Shown: positions 11,036-19,940 of the stretch, piece after piece
Layout: each line of letters starts with the position of its first letter
Position numbering within the stretch: position 1 is the first letter of the stretch
Assembly (NCBI GenBank): GCA_963806225.1
Contig: CAWDXG010000004.1
Coordinates: 1,472,001 to 1,536,000, forward strand
Direction of reading: 5' to 3'
DNA from: an uncultured delta proteobacterium
Lineage (GTDB): Bacteria; Myxococcota_A; Polyangia; Polyangiales; Polyangiaceae
Length of the DNA stretch: 64,000 bases
Translations under genes and position numbers: made by a program
Notes under the pieces: model-generated
The model's input: only the letters and a program-made list of their open reading frames with translations
What the model was told of the DNA's origin: nothing
Database searches by the model: none

Positions 11036-11884
11036 TCAGCGATTCTGCTTGACTTGTGCCGCCTGCCGGAGCTCCCGGAGCAGGCGTCGCTGGGCCGCCA
11101 CCGCGGCGCCGTCCGCACCCAGTTCCGCCGCCCGGTCCAGGGCCTGCCGGGCCTCGTCCAGGCGCCCCAACTCGAGCAGCGCGAGGGAGCGGCCGAGCCG
11201 GGCGTCGGCGAAGCGGGGGCGCGCCGCGATGATGGCGTCGTACTGGACAAGCGCGGCGGCCGGCTGGTGCTGCTTCAAGGCCAGCGTGGCCAACCCCACG
11301 CGGTTGTCCAAGGCCCGCGGGTCGGCCTTCAAGCCCGACTCGTAGGCCTGCCGGGCGCCGGCGCTGTCACCCCGTCGCATCCGCACCAGGCCCAGCGCGT
11401 GCCACACCTCCGCGTCCCGGGGATTGCGGCGGAGCGCCTTCACAAGTCGCGGCTCGGCGAGCTCCACCTCGCCCCAGCGCGCGGCGCGCAGGCCGCCTTC
11501 GCGCGGACCGGCCTCGTCGCGCGGCGCCACCTGCGCAGCGCGGTCGTACATGGCCAATGCGTCGTCGTAGCGGTGCGCGAGCTCGTAGGCGTGACCCATC
11601 TCGATCCAGGGCACGGGACTTGCTTTTCCGAGTACGTTGCCGAGCTGCTCCGCTTCACGTTCCGCAGCGCCCAGGTTGCCGGTGAGCGCAAGCACGCGGA
11701 CCAACATGCGGCGGTCCTCGATCGCCGGAGGGTGCTTCCGGATGTCGGCACGCAGGACGGCGGCCGCCTCGTCGTAGCGCCCCTTCTCGGCGAGCAGGGC
11801 GGCGTCCTGACGGGCGTCCGAAAACCCCGCCGCGCATCCCGCCAGCATGACCGCGATCAGCGCCGCTCCCAGTCGATCCCGCAC
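11036..11884 (-). CDS. TPR-repeat lipoprotein
   Basis: Lipobox-like MLAGC followed by several TPR-like helices (e.g. AEVWHALGLVRMRRGDSAGARQAYESGLKADP). Confidence 0.8.
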   Translation of the reverse strand: MRDRLGAALIAVMLAGCAAGFSDARQDAALLAEKGRYDEAAAVLRADIRKHPPAIEDRRMLVRVLALTGNLGAAEREAEQLGNVLGKASPVPWIEMGHAYELAHRYDDALAMYDRAAQVAPRDEAGPREGGLRAARWGEVELAEPRLVKALRRNPRDAEVWHALGLVRMRRGDSAGARQAYESGLKADPRALDNRVGLATLALKQHQPAAALVQYDAIIAARPRFADARLGRSLALLELGRLDEARQALDRAAELGADGAAVAAQRRLLRELRQAAQVKQNR

Positions 11885-11973
11885 GCTGGGAGGCTAGTGC
11901 GGCGCCCTCCGCCCGCCAAGGCGCTAGCGCGCCTCGGTTCACGGTACCCCGGCACTTGCCGGCGCTGTTGCCC

Positions 11974-12024
11974 GGCGAGCTGAACGATCGCCACTGGCAG
12001 GTCATCGACTACTTCCGGAAAGAA
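11974..12024 (+). pseudogene. Short relic resembling a TusE/DsrC sulfur-relay protein
   Basis: Reads GELNDRHWQVIDYFRKE, resembling the TusE/DsrC L-T-x-x-H-W-x-V-I-x-Y/F-x-R motif; the flanks show no such similarity. Confidence 0.45.
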
Positions 12025-12043
12025 GCCGGGCTGACGGCGATCA

Positions 12044-12685
12044 TCAGTGCAGCCAGCCCGAGCCCCCATAGGGAGGCTTCTGCTCCCCGATCATCGCGTG
12101 GCGCCAGATGTACTCTCCAGGCCGTACCAGTACGTTTTCCGAGCTGGGCACGTGCGTCCTATCACCGACGGTGAGCCGGTAGTCGCCCGGCGGCAGTGGC
12201 AACACCAGCGGCAGAGCCCGCCGGCCAGTCCGGCTCGCTTCCAGGGAGCGTCGAGCAACCGACTTCCCGGCACGGCTCGAGACATCGACGCTGCCGCGCG
12301 AGATGTCCGCCGTCACGACGATGCCCTGCCCTGGCGGCGGAAGCCTGAACGGCGCGCCATCGCCCCTGAGCCACTCCAGCGGATGCCGGTGGCGCTCTTT
12401 CCGCTTCGACCCCGCGCAGATCCTGGTGCTGGTCGGAGCGTAGTCGCATTTGCCGTCGGTGTACTCGACCCTCGCGACCACGGTCGCGCGGCCCTTGGCC
12501 TCGATACGGATGTGGTGGTTTCCGGTCGGGAACCCGATGGTCGTCGGCTTGCCGGCGCTGACGCTGTTCGTCGCCTTCGCGCCGTCCGCGCTCTCAATCT
12601 CGACCTTCGCGTCGGGTGTGATCCAGACCTCGGCGCGGTGACAAGCGACGAGCGCCAGCGGGAGTAGCAGGAGCGGAGCCCGCAT
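12044..12685 (-). CDS. Hypothetical lipoprotein with PEGA-like beta segments
   Basis: MRAPLLLLPLALVAC lipobox; LPPGDYRLTV-type motif. Confidence 0.65.
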   Translation of the reverse strand: MRAPLLLLPLALVACHRAEVWITPDAKVEIESADGAKATNSVSAGKPTTIGFPTGNHHIRIEAKGRATVVARVEYTDGKCDYAPTSTRICAGSKRKERHRHPLEWLRGDGAPFRLPPPGQGIVVTADISRGSVDVSSRAGKSVARRSLEASRTGRRALPLVLPLPPGDYRLTVGDRTHVPSSENVLVRPGEYIWRHAMIGEQKPPYGGSGWLH

Positions 12686-13144
12686 CTATGTGGAGCAGAT
12701 CTTGCGGTTGCTCGCGCCGCCGCCGGTGGAGCGGCAGGTGAACGCGGCGTTGCCCAGCTTCTGGCAGTAGACGTTCGCGTCGGTGTAGCCGGCAGCCTTC
12801 ACGGCGGCGTCCTCGCAGCTCAAAAAGCAGTAGCTTTCGGGCTGGTTCTCGAACGGCGAGCACACTTCCTTGAGCCCCGTCCGGCACTCGCCGGGAACCG
12901 CGCAGCAATCGGTGTCGGCCGTGCACAGGTGCGTGCAGTAGCCGTTCGGCACCTTGCTGAGGCACGTGACCGTGCCCTTGATCTGCGTCTGGTCCTTCAC
13001 GTCGGGGTAGCAGGTCGCTGCCGTGGCGCACGTGCTCCCCGCTTGCTCGCCGGGCGGCGCGCCACCGCTTCCGCTGCTGCCACACGCCGTCGCGACCAGC
13101 GCAGCGCCGAGAAGAAACAGCATGCCACCGCGAACCCTTTTCAT
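12686..13144 (-). CDS. Small Cys-rich lipoprotein
   Basis: MKRVRGGMLFLLGAALVATAC signal, then many Cys (CATAATC, YCTHLCTADTDCC, YCFLSC); an alternative start is at 13123. Confidence 0.75.
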   Translation of the reverse strand: MKRVRGGMLFLLGAALVATACGSSGSGGAPPGEQAGSTCATAATCYPDVKDQTQIKGTVTCLSKVPNGYCTHLCTADTDCCAVPGECRTGLKEVCSPFENQPESYCFLSCEDAAVKAAGYTDANVYCQKLGNAAFTCRSTGGGASNRKICST

Positions 13145-13187
13145 AGGAGGCAGGCTAGACGAGGCAAGGCGAGCCAGCAACGGCCAT

Positions 13188-13994
13188 TCAGCGCACGACG
13201 ACGCCGAGCGCGTTCGACGCATACACGCCACGCACCGCCGACTTTTCCACGAGATCGGAGCCGAGTGGAACGCCGCGCGGCTTGAAGCGGCAGAAACGGT
13301 ACACGACCCAGAGCGTGTAGGCGCCCGGCCGCCCGATGCCCGCGGTCCGGAGGTGGCTCGCCCAGCCGTTGTCCGCGACCTTGCTGCGTCGCGCGCCGGC
13401 GGGGATCGAGACGTAGTCGCTCTTGTCGATCGCGTTGACGTTTCCGCAGCGACCGCCAACGAATGCCCAGCGGTAGAGCTTGCCGTTCGATTCGTCGCGC
13501 AGATACAGGTCGTAGCCCGGGTCGCGCATGTGCTCGAGCGTGCCGTCGAGCGGGCGCACGACGGTGAGCGGCTGGGGGGAGCGATTGTGGAACGTCAGGC
13601 GCAGTTCGAGCTCCTGTACGGGCGAGCGCTTCACGGGACCGGTCAGGTCGAGCTCCAACGCGCCGCCGTCCGCCGTGCTCGGCGGCGGCACGCTGCCGCT
13701 GACGGCGTAGAAGCCGTAGTCGCCGTCGAAGTCGGGTGCCATCAGCAACTGCGAGCTGTTGGCGATCGGCGGCGCAAGCGGACGCTTGCGATCAATCGTG
13801 GCGACGCGATCGCGACAGCTGGGCGGCACGTTCGACAGCTGTGCGAGATCGGTGATCGCCGCTCCTGCCCTGCTTGCGGGCTCTGCGGACACCGACGGCG
13901 CGGGCTTCTCGCGCTTCAACGGCGCCGGCCGCACAGTGCTGCACGCACCGAGCACGACCAGCGCGACAACCCCGATGCCGACAAGCCGCGCCAC
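13188..13994 (-). CDS. Hypothetical lipoprotein
   Basis: GTG start VARLVGIGVVALVVLGAC; C-terminal Ig-like beta domain (LELRLTFHNRSPQPLTVVRPLDG ... PGAYTLWVVY). Confidence 0.65.
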   Translation of the reverse strand: MARLVGIGVVALVVLGACSTVRPAPLKREKPAPSVSAEPASRAGAAITDLAQLSNVPPSCRDRVATIDRKRPLAPPIANSSQLLMAPDFDGDYGFYAVSGSVPPPSTADGGALELDLTGPVKRSPVQELELRLTFHNRSPQPLTVVRPLDGTLEHMRDPGYDLYLRDESNGKLYRWAFVGGRCGNVNAIDKSDYVSIPAGARRSKVADNGWASHLRTAGIGRPGAYTLWVVYRFCRFKPRGVPLGSDLVEKSAVRGVYASNALGVVVR

Positions 13995-14046
13995 AGTCTT
14001 TGTGACCCGCGCGGGGAGGAAGCCTTGGGAAGCCAAGTGCTCGAAC

Positions 14047-14180
14047 GCGTGGCCCGCTCGTCGATTTCCGAGCCGGGCGTGGTCGAATGCATCCGCAGCG
14101 GGATCGCCGGCCTGAAGTTCCACACTGCCGACAAGCCGACTGGCGCGTCGTGGACGTTCGCGTTCCGGAACCCCGGGTAG
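14047..14180 (+). pseudogene. Orphan 3' fragment resembling an AgmX/PglI (TonB-C-like) C-terminal domain
   Basis: RVARSSISEPGVVECIRSGIAGLKFHTADKPTGASWTFAFRNPG* with GC3-rich codons and no plausible 5' part. Confidence 0.4.
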
Positions 14181-14330
14181 CCGCTTCGCCAAGCGACGGG
14201 AGTGGGCTGCGGCGACGGTCGGGGCGCGCCTGCTTTGGGACCTGGTTGGGTGCGCCAACGGACAAGCGAGGACGAGCGCGGGTTGCGACGCAGAGCGAGC
14301 CCGGGCAATCGGGCCGCCACTTCCAGCTTC

Positions 14331-14534
14331 AAGCTGCGGCTTGACGCGCTCCGTGTCGACCTCGCCGACATTTGTGTCGCCAAGCCGCGGGCTTCACGCG
14401 CTTCGTGTCGGTCAGACCGACATTTGTGTCGCCGAGCCGCGGCTTCACGCAGTTTGTGTCGGCCTCGCCGGCACTTCCGTCGCCAAGCCGAAGCTTCGAG
14501 CACTTTCTGTCGGCCTCGCCGGCACTCCCGCGCC
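14331..14534. repeat. Four degenerate tandem ~51-bp units with internal palindromes
   Basis: Units start at 14331, 14382, 14434 and 14485 (51, 52, 51, 50 bp); consensus approx. AAGCCGCGGCTTCACGCRSTTYGTGTCGGCCTCGCCGRCAYTTGTGTCGCC. Confidence 0.85.
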
Positions 14535-14617
14535 GTGCACGCAGGACGCACCGGGCGATATGCCGCCCGTCAGCCGCACTCTTGCGCCGCGCGGCGGGGA
14601 CAGCTAGGCCGGCGTGC

Positions 14618-15517
14618 ATGAAGGCGAGCGATATCAAGACCATCGCCGTGATCGGCGCTGGACAGATGGGTGGCGGCATCGCACAGGTGGCCGCCGGCAA
14701 GGGCTACACGGTGCTGCTGAGCGACGCGAGCGTTGAGCGCGCGCAGGCCGGCAAGGACAAGATCGCGAAGATCCTGGGCAAGCAGGTCGACAAGGGGCGG
14801 ATGAAGGCGGAGGAGCGCGAAGCGCTGCTCGAGCGCATCCACCCGATCGGGGCGGACCTGGAGGGCGTCGAGAAGGCGGACCTGGTGGTCGAGGCCGCAA
14901 CGGAGGACCGCGAGCTGAAGATCGACATCTTCAAGAAGGCCGACTCGAAGATGAAGCCCGACGCCATCCTCGCGTCGAACACCTCCAGCATCTCGATCAC
15001 GCGGCTGGCGGGGCAGACAAGTCGCCCGGGCAAGGTGATCGGCATGCACTTCATGAATCCCGTGCCGCTGATGAAGCTGGTCGAGATCGTGAACGGCGTG
15101 CAGACGGACCAGGAGACAACCGACACCATCCGCGAGCTGTCCGAGCAGCTCGGCAAGACGGTCATCACGAGCAAGGATCAGCCCGGCTTCGTCGTGAACC
15201 GCATGCTGATCCCGTTCCTGAACGAAGCGTGCTTCGCGCTGCAGGAGGGGCTCGGTACGCCGGAGGATATCGACCAGGGTGCCAAGCTGGGCTTGAACCA
15301 CCCGATGGGGCCGCTGGAGCTCGCCGACCTGATCGGCCTCGACACGCTGCTGTTCATCGCGGAGGTCCTGCACCGCGAGTTCGGCGACGACAAGTACCGC
15401 CCCGCCACGCTGCTCCGCAATCTGGTCGCCGCGGGCTGGTACGGCCGCAAGGTGGGCCGCGGCTTCTACGTCTACGACGACAAGGGCCAGAAGACGGGAC
15501 GGGCTTTCGAGCGATGA
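14618..15517 (+). CDS. hbd: 3-hydroxybutyryl-CoA dehydrogenase
   Basis: Rossmann motif VIGAGQMGGGIAQV, ASNTSS, catalytic GMHFMNPVPLMKLVE, HPMGPL. Confidence 0.93.
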   Translation: MKASDIKTIAVIGAGQMGGGIAQVAAGKGYTVLLSDASVERAQAGKDKIAKILGKQVDKGRMKAEEREALLERIHPIGADLEGVEKADLVVEAATEDRELKIDIFKKADSKMKPDAILASNTSSISITRLAGQTSRPGKVIGMHFMNPVPLMKLVEIVNGVQTDQETTDTIRELSEQLGKTVITSKDQPGFVVNRMLIPFLNEACFALQEGLGTPEDIDQGAKLGLNHPMGPLELADLIGLDTLLFIAEVLHREFGDDKYRPATLLRNLVAAGWYGRKVGRGFYVYDDKGQKTGRAFER

Positions 15518-16284
15518 GCTACGAGACACTTCTGGTCGAAGAGGCCGACGGCATCGTCACCATCACGGTGAACCGCCCCGACAAGCTCAACGCGCTGAAC
15601 GCGGTCGTTCTCCGCGAGCTGACCGATGCCGTGGAGGCGCTCGGCGACGCGCGCGTCGCGATCCTTACCGGTGCGGGCAAGGCGTTCGTCGCGGGCGCGG
15701 ACATCGCCGAGATGAAGGACATGAGCGCCGTGGAGGCCAAGGCCTTCAGCGACTCGGGGCATCGGCTCGGCTATCTGATGGAACAGGCGAAGTGCCCGAT
15801 CATCGCGGCGGTGAACGGTTTTGCGCTGGGAGGCGGGACGGAGCTCGCGCTCGCCTGCGACTTCATCTACGCCTCGGAGAAGGCGAAGTTCGGCCAGCCC
15901 GAAGTGAACCTCGGACTGATGCCCGGCTTCGGCGGCACACAGCGGCTGGCGCGCCGGGTCGGCATCGGCCGCGCGCGCGAGCTGGTCTACAGCGGCGCGA
16001 TGATCGACGCGGCGGAGGCGCTGCGCATCGGGCTGGCCAACCAGGTGGTGCCGCACGACGAGCTGATGGCCAAGGTGCGCGAGCTCGCCGGGACGATCGC
16101 CTCGAAGGCGCCCCTCGCCGTCGCCGCAAGCAAGCGAGTGATGGCCCGCGGCTACGACGCGGACCTCGCCACGGCCAACGAGCTGGAAGCCACGGCGTTC
16201 AGCGCGCTTTTCGGCAGCGAGGACCAGCGCGAGGGCACCGCGGCCTTCGTCGAGAAACGCAAGGCCACGTTCAAGGGGCGCTGA
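15514..16284 (+). CDS. crt: Enoyl-CoA hydratase (crotonase)
   Basis: NRPDKLNAL, AFVAGADI, GFALGGGTEL, FGQPEVNLG; ATGA overlap with hbd. Confidence 0.92.
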   Translation: MSYETLLVEEADGIVTITVNRPDKLNALNAVVLRELTDAVEALGDARVAILTGAGKAFVAGADIAEMKDMSAVEAKAFSDSGHRLGYLMEQAKCPIIAAVNGFALGGGTELALACDFIYASEKAKFGQPEVNLGLMPGFGGTQRLARRVGIGRARELVYSGAMIDAAEALRIGLANQVVPHDELMAKVRELAGTIASKAPLAVAASKRVMARGYDADLATANELEATAFSALFGSEDQREGTAAFVEKRKATFKGR

Positions 16285-16323
16285 GGGACTTTCCCGGCCC
16301 TGGCGCGCGTTTTCCCACCTGGA

Positions 16324-18096
16324 ATGCGACATTCCTCGACGCTGAAGCTCGCCCTGGCCGCGGCTGCCGTGCTGCTCGGTGGCTGCAAGGGCTGTGAGCA
16401 CGACAAGCCCTACACTCCGTTCGGCATCACGTCGGCGCTTCCCAACGTCGAAAGCGCCAGCGCGGCCCCCAGTGCCAGCGCAGCGCCGGCCTTCGCGCCC
16501 CATCAATCCGAGCTGGCCCCCGCCGGCGCGAAGGCGTGGAGCTTCGGCGGCGAGAAGCTATCCGCGCCGCGGGGTCGCGTGTTCGAGCAGGCGCTGTCGG
16601 CCGACTTCAACGGCGACGGCAAGCCCGACGCGGTGGCCTGGACTCTTCCGGAGAAGCCTGCGCCCGGCGTCGCGGCAGGGGAGCTCTGGTACTACCCGTC
16701 CGGGGGCGCGCCCGCGCGGCTCGCGTCGCTGCCTGGCTTCGTTCCCACCGGAAAGAGCTGCAAGCTCGAGACGAAGCTCTCGCAGACCGGCGAGCACTCG
16801 CTGACGCTCGACGCCGGCGCGAAGTGCGGGGCCGGTTTCATTCCGCGATCGCCGGTTCGCAGCATCTCCGTGCTGGAACCGGAGCGGAAGCGTCCTGTCC
16901 TGCTGGAGCTCCGGGCGGCGGCGCCGCCAAAGGGCGAGTCGATGGAGCTCGCGGTCGACTCGAGCGACCGCGACAAGGACGGACGCGACGACATCGACCT
17001 GACCATCACGGTGCAGAAGGACGGCTCGTCGCGCCCCGCGCGCGCGCACCTGGTGTGGCTGGATCGCACGGCGGGGCCGTCGCGCGAAGCGGACGAGCCC
17101 AAGCGCTCGTTCGATCACATCGCGTCGCTGGAGCTGATCCGCTCGAAAGGCAAGCACACCAGCCGCTCGGTGCCCGACGGCATCGGCAACGAGCGGCGGT
17201 TGATGTCGGTCCTGTGCGACGAGGGCGGCGTGCCGCGGCTGTTCGATCGCGACGGCAGCGCCTTCCGCTGCGGCAATCCCACCCTGGCCTTCAACCGCAT
17301 GGCCCAGGCGGAGCTCCAGGCCGCGCTCACGCAAGGCGACGTGGAAGAAGCCTTCGCCGTCCTGAACCGCGACTGGGCCAGCGGCAAGACGCTCCAGAAA
17401 ATGGAAGCGGCGCTCGAAAGAGCCACGACGGCGCTCGACGTGGCCGAAGTGCTGACGCCGGCGGCGAAGCCAGTCCCCCGCGAAGAGCAGCCGCGCTGGA
17501 GCCCGCTCCGCTTCGAGCCGACTGGCGCGCTTCTGGTCCAGACGCCCGACGGGCTGGTGCGCGTCGCACCGGACGGCCACGACGAGCTGCCGCTCGACCC
17601 GGAAGCGGGCGTGGAAAGCTGGCCGCTCGGCGTGACGGCGAGCGACGGCCGGCGTTGGACCGGCATCGCCGACGCCTGCGATCGCCCCGAGGTGCTGCTC
17701 ACGTTCAACGATGCGCGCAACATCCCGATGCCGCCGGTCGCGACGCGCCTGCTCTCGCCGCGCCCCGGAGCGTGCCGGGGCGGCAAGCCGCCGCGAGTCC
17801 CCGCCCCCGCGCCGCTGTCGTGGCAGCCGGGACGCGGACTGGAAGCCCTGGTCGCGGGCTCGCACATCGGACCGGCATCGCACGACAGAGCGCCGGGCTC
17901 GCCGCGCTCACCGGACGGCAAGCTCGTGGTCGTGTCGACGCGGCGCGGCCTGCTCGTGACGGGCGGCGACAAGCCCGAGCTCTGGAAGCGCGCCGGCCTC
18001 GACGCGCTCTCGCTCACCGACTGCGTGGTGGCGAACGGCGCGCGCGCCGTCGCGTGCATCGAGCACGGCCGCGTGAAGCTGCTACGACGGCCCTAG
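16324..18096 (+). CDS. Hypothetical lipoprotein with FG-GAP-like Asp-rich loops
   Basis: LLGGC lipobox; DFNGDGKPD and DRDKDGRDD motifs. Confidence 0.75.
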   Translation: MRHSSTLKLALAAAAVLLGGCKGCEHDKPYTPFGITSALPNVESASAAPSASAAPAFAPHQSELAPAGAKAWSFGGEKLSAPRGRVFEQALSADFNGDGKPDAVAWTLPEKPAPGVAAGELWYYPSGGAPARLASLPGFVPTGKSCKLETKLSQTGEHSLTLDAGAKCGAGFIPRSPVRSISVLEPERKRPVLLELRAAAPPKGESMELAVDSSDRDKDGRDDIDLTITVQKDGSSRPARAHLVWLDRTAGPSREADEPKRSFDHIASLELIRSKGKHTSRSVPDGIGNERRLMSVLCDEGGVPRLFDRDGSAFRCGNPTLAFNRMAQAELQAALTQGDVEEAFAVLNRDWASGKTLQKMEAALERATTALDVAEVLTPAAKPVPREEQPRWSPLRFEPTGALLVQTPDGLVRVAPDGHDELPLDPEAGVESWPLGVTASDGRRWTGIADACDRPEVLLTFNDARNIPMPPVATRLLSPRPGACRGGKPPRVPAPAPLSWQPGRGLEALVAGSHIGPASHDRAPGSPRSPDGKLVVVSTRRGLLVTGGDKPELWKRAGLDALSLTDCVVANGARAVACIEHGRVKLLRRP

Positions 18097-18116
18097 GCGC
18101 GCGACGCATCCGGTCA

Positions 18117-18178
18117 CCCCCAGCGAAGCGACAGCGAGCCCACGACGAGCGAAGCGAGTCGCGTCGGGGGTCCGGGGG
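18117..18178. repeat. REP-like structured intergenic element between convergent genes
   Basis: Two GCGAAGC mini-hairpin motifs (18123-18129, 18149-18155), one within GAC-GA-GCGAAGC-GA-GTC, followed by GGGGGTCCGGGGG. Confidence 0.4.
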
Positions 18179-18192
18179 CGGTGAGCCCTATG

Positions 18193-18756
18193 TCAGGGAG
18201 CCTTGACGCGCTCGAGGTAGCTCTTGGTGCGCGTGTCCACCTTGATCCACTCGCCTTCGCTAATGAAGAGCGGGACCTGCACGGTGGCGCCGGTCGAGAC
18301 CGTGGCTGCCTTGGTCACGTTGGTGGCCGTGTCGCCCTTGGCGCCCGGCTCGGTCTCGGTGATCTGCACGGTGACGTGCGGCGGCAGGCTCACGCTGACC
18401 GGATTGCTCTTGTAGAGCGTGATCGTCACGTCGATGCCGTCCATGAGGAAGTCCGCGGCGTCGCCCACCACGTCTTTGTGGACGCTCAGCTGCTCGCCGG
18501 AGTTCGCGTTCATGAACACGAACATGTCGCCGTCCGGGTAGATGTACTGCAGCGACTTGTCCTCCACGTCCGCCGGCTCCAGCTTCTCGCCCGAGCGGAT
18601 GTTGCGCTCCAGGTTCCCGCCCGTGAGCAGGTTCTTCATCTTGGTGCGGGTGAAGGCCTGGCCCTTGCCCGGTTTGACGAACTGGAAGTCGACGACGATG
18701 TACGGCTGCCCGTCCATCATGATCTTCAGGCCTTTACGAATGTCGCTCGTATCCAT
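18193..18756 (-). CDS. efp: Translation elongation factor P
   Basis: MDTSDIRKGLKI, FVKPGKGQAF (Lys-type loop), PGAKGDTA, VPLFI...KVDTR. Confidence 0.97.
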   Translation of the reverse strand: MDTSDIRKGLKIMMDGQPYIVVDFQFVKPGKGQAFTRTKMKNLLTGGNLERNIRSGEKLEPADVEDKSLQYIYPDGDMFVFMNANSGEQLSVHKDVVGDAADFLMDGIDVTITLYKSNPVSVSLPPHVTVQITETEPGAKGDTATNVTKAATVSTGATVQVPLFISEGEWIKVDTRTKSYLERVKAP

Positions 18757-19011
18757 GGGACTCCGGAAGCAGCCCCGGACGGGGCGCGGGGTAGGTCTGC
18801 CGGCGTGCCGCCTCCCCGGCGGCTCGTTCGGCGACTGAGGCTCTAGCGGGGGATCGGCCCACATTCAAGAGCCGTGGGCGCGGACAGCCCGCCGCCGCGC
18901 CTTCCGGCTGCTGCGCCGGGCAGCCGCGGCCCAGGCCCGAGGGCCGGCGAACGCGCCCGAGCTTGCCGGGACCCGGATTGAGCGATACTCCGCTCCCGAG
19001 GCGCCCCCGGG

Positions 19012-19866
19012 ATGGACGAGTACGAGCTGGAAGAGATCAAGCGCGAGATCGTGGAGAGCCGTTCGCTCACGATCAAGACGAACAATCTCGTCAACGCGCT
19101 GGCCGCCGATCTGAAGAGCATCGCCAAGCGCCAACAGGGCTACGAGCGGCGCATCTTCTTCAACAGCGCCACGGCCTACGTGGTGACCATCGCCGTCCTG
19201 TTCATCGCGCTCAAGCTCGCCTGGGACGCGAAGATCGACTCTGTGCGCGCCGAGACGAAAGACAGCTCCGCCCAGGTCAAGCAGCTCCAGGCGCAGCTGA
19301 AGGAAGTGCAGGAGCGCGAAGACGCGCGCGCCCGCGCGAGCCGCAAGGCGAGCGAGTTCTACGACCTCATCGCGCATCACAAGCGACAGAAGATCGTCGA
19401 CGGCTACGCCGACATCAAGAAGCTGCCGCTCACGCGCGCCGAGCAGGCCATCTTCAGCGCCGAGTACGACAAGGCGAAGAACGAGCTGTCGCTGATCGCG
19501 TACCAGAACGGGCTGGACGACATCCGCACGGGTCGCTGGCACGAGGCGGCGCAGGCATTCCGCGAGTCACTCGCCGACAAGGACGACGCCGCGCACAGCC
19601 CGGACGCGCGCTACGAGCTCGCGCGGGCGCTGCGCCAGCTGGGCCAGCAGCGCGAAGCGATCCCGATCCTGGTGCAACTCTCCGAAGCTTCCGCCGACAA
19701 GGAAGTGATGGACGACGCGACGTGGCTGCTCGCCCAGGCGCAGCTGGATATCCAGGCCTGGAACGACGCCAAGACCACCATGCGTTCGTTCATCCGTCGT
19801 TTCCCCAAGAGCCCGCACATCAACGACGTGCGCGGCAAGCTCGCCGAGATCTCGCTGTTGCACTGA
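19012..19866 (+). CDS. Membrane-anchored coiled-coil/TPR protein, CpoB(YbgF)/BamD-like C-terminus
   Basis: One TM segment (AYVVTIAVLFIAL), a coiled coil, then TPR helices ending FIRRFPKSPH. Confidence 0.75.
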   Translation: MDEYELEEIKREIVESRSLTIKTNNLVNALAADLKSIAKRQQGYERRIFFNSATAYVVTIAVLFIALKLAWDAKIDSVRAETKDSSAQVKQLQAQLKEVQEREDARARASRKASEFYDLIAHHKRQKIVDGYADIKKLPLTRAEQAIFSAEYDKAKNELSLIAYQNGLDDIRTGRWHEAAQAFRESLADKDDAAHSPDARYELARALRQLGQQREAIPILVQLSEASADKEVMDDATWLLAQAQLDIQAWNDAKTTMRSFIRRFPKSPHINDVRGKLAEISLLH

Positions 19867-19940
19867 CGGCCGACGTGGGCGCCAACGAAGGCGGCACAGG
19901 CGGTCGACCTCTTCCTCGTCCAGCAGTCCGACGGCGCCGC

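Noticed and set aside
14331..14534. CRISPR array
   Set aside because: No unique spacers between units and no cas genes in the window
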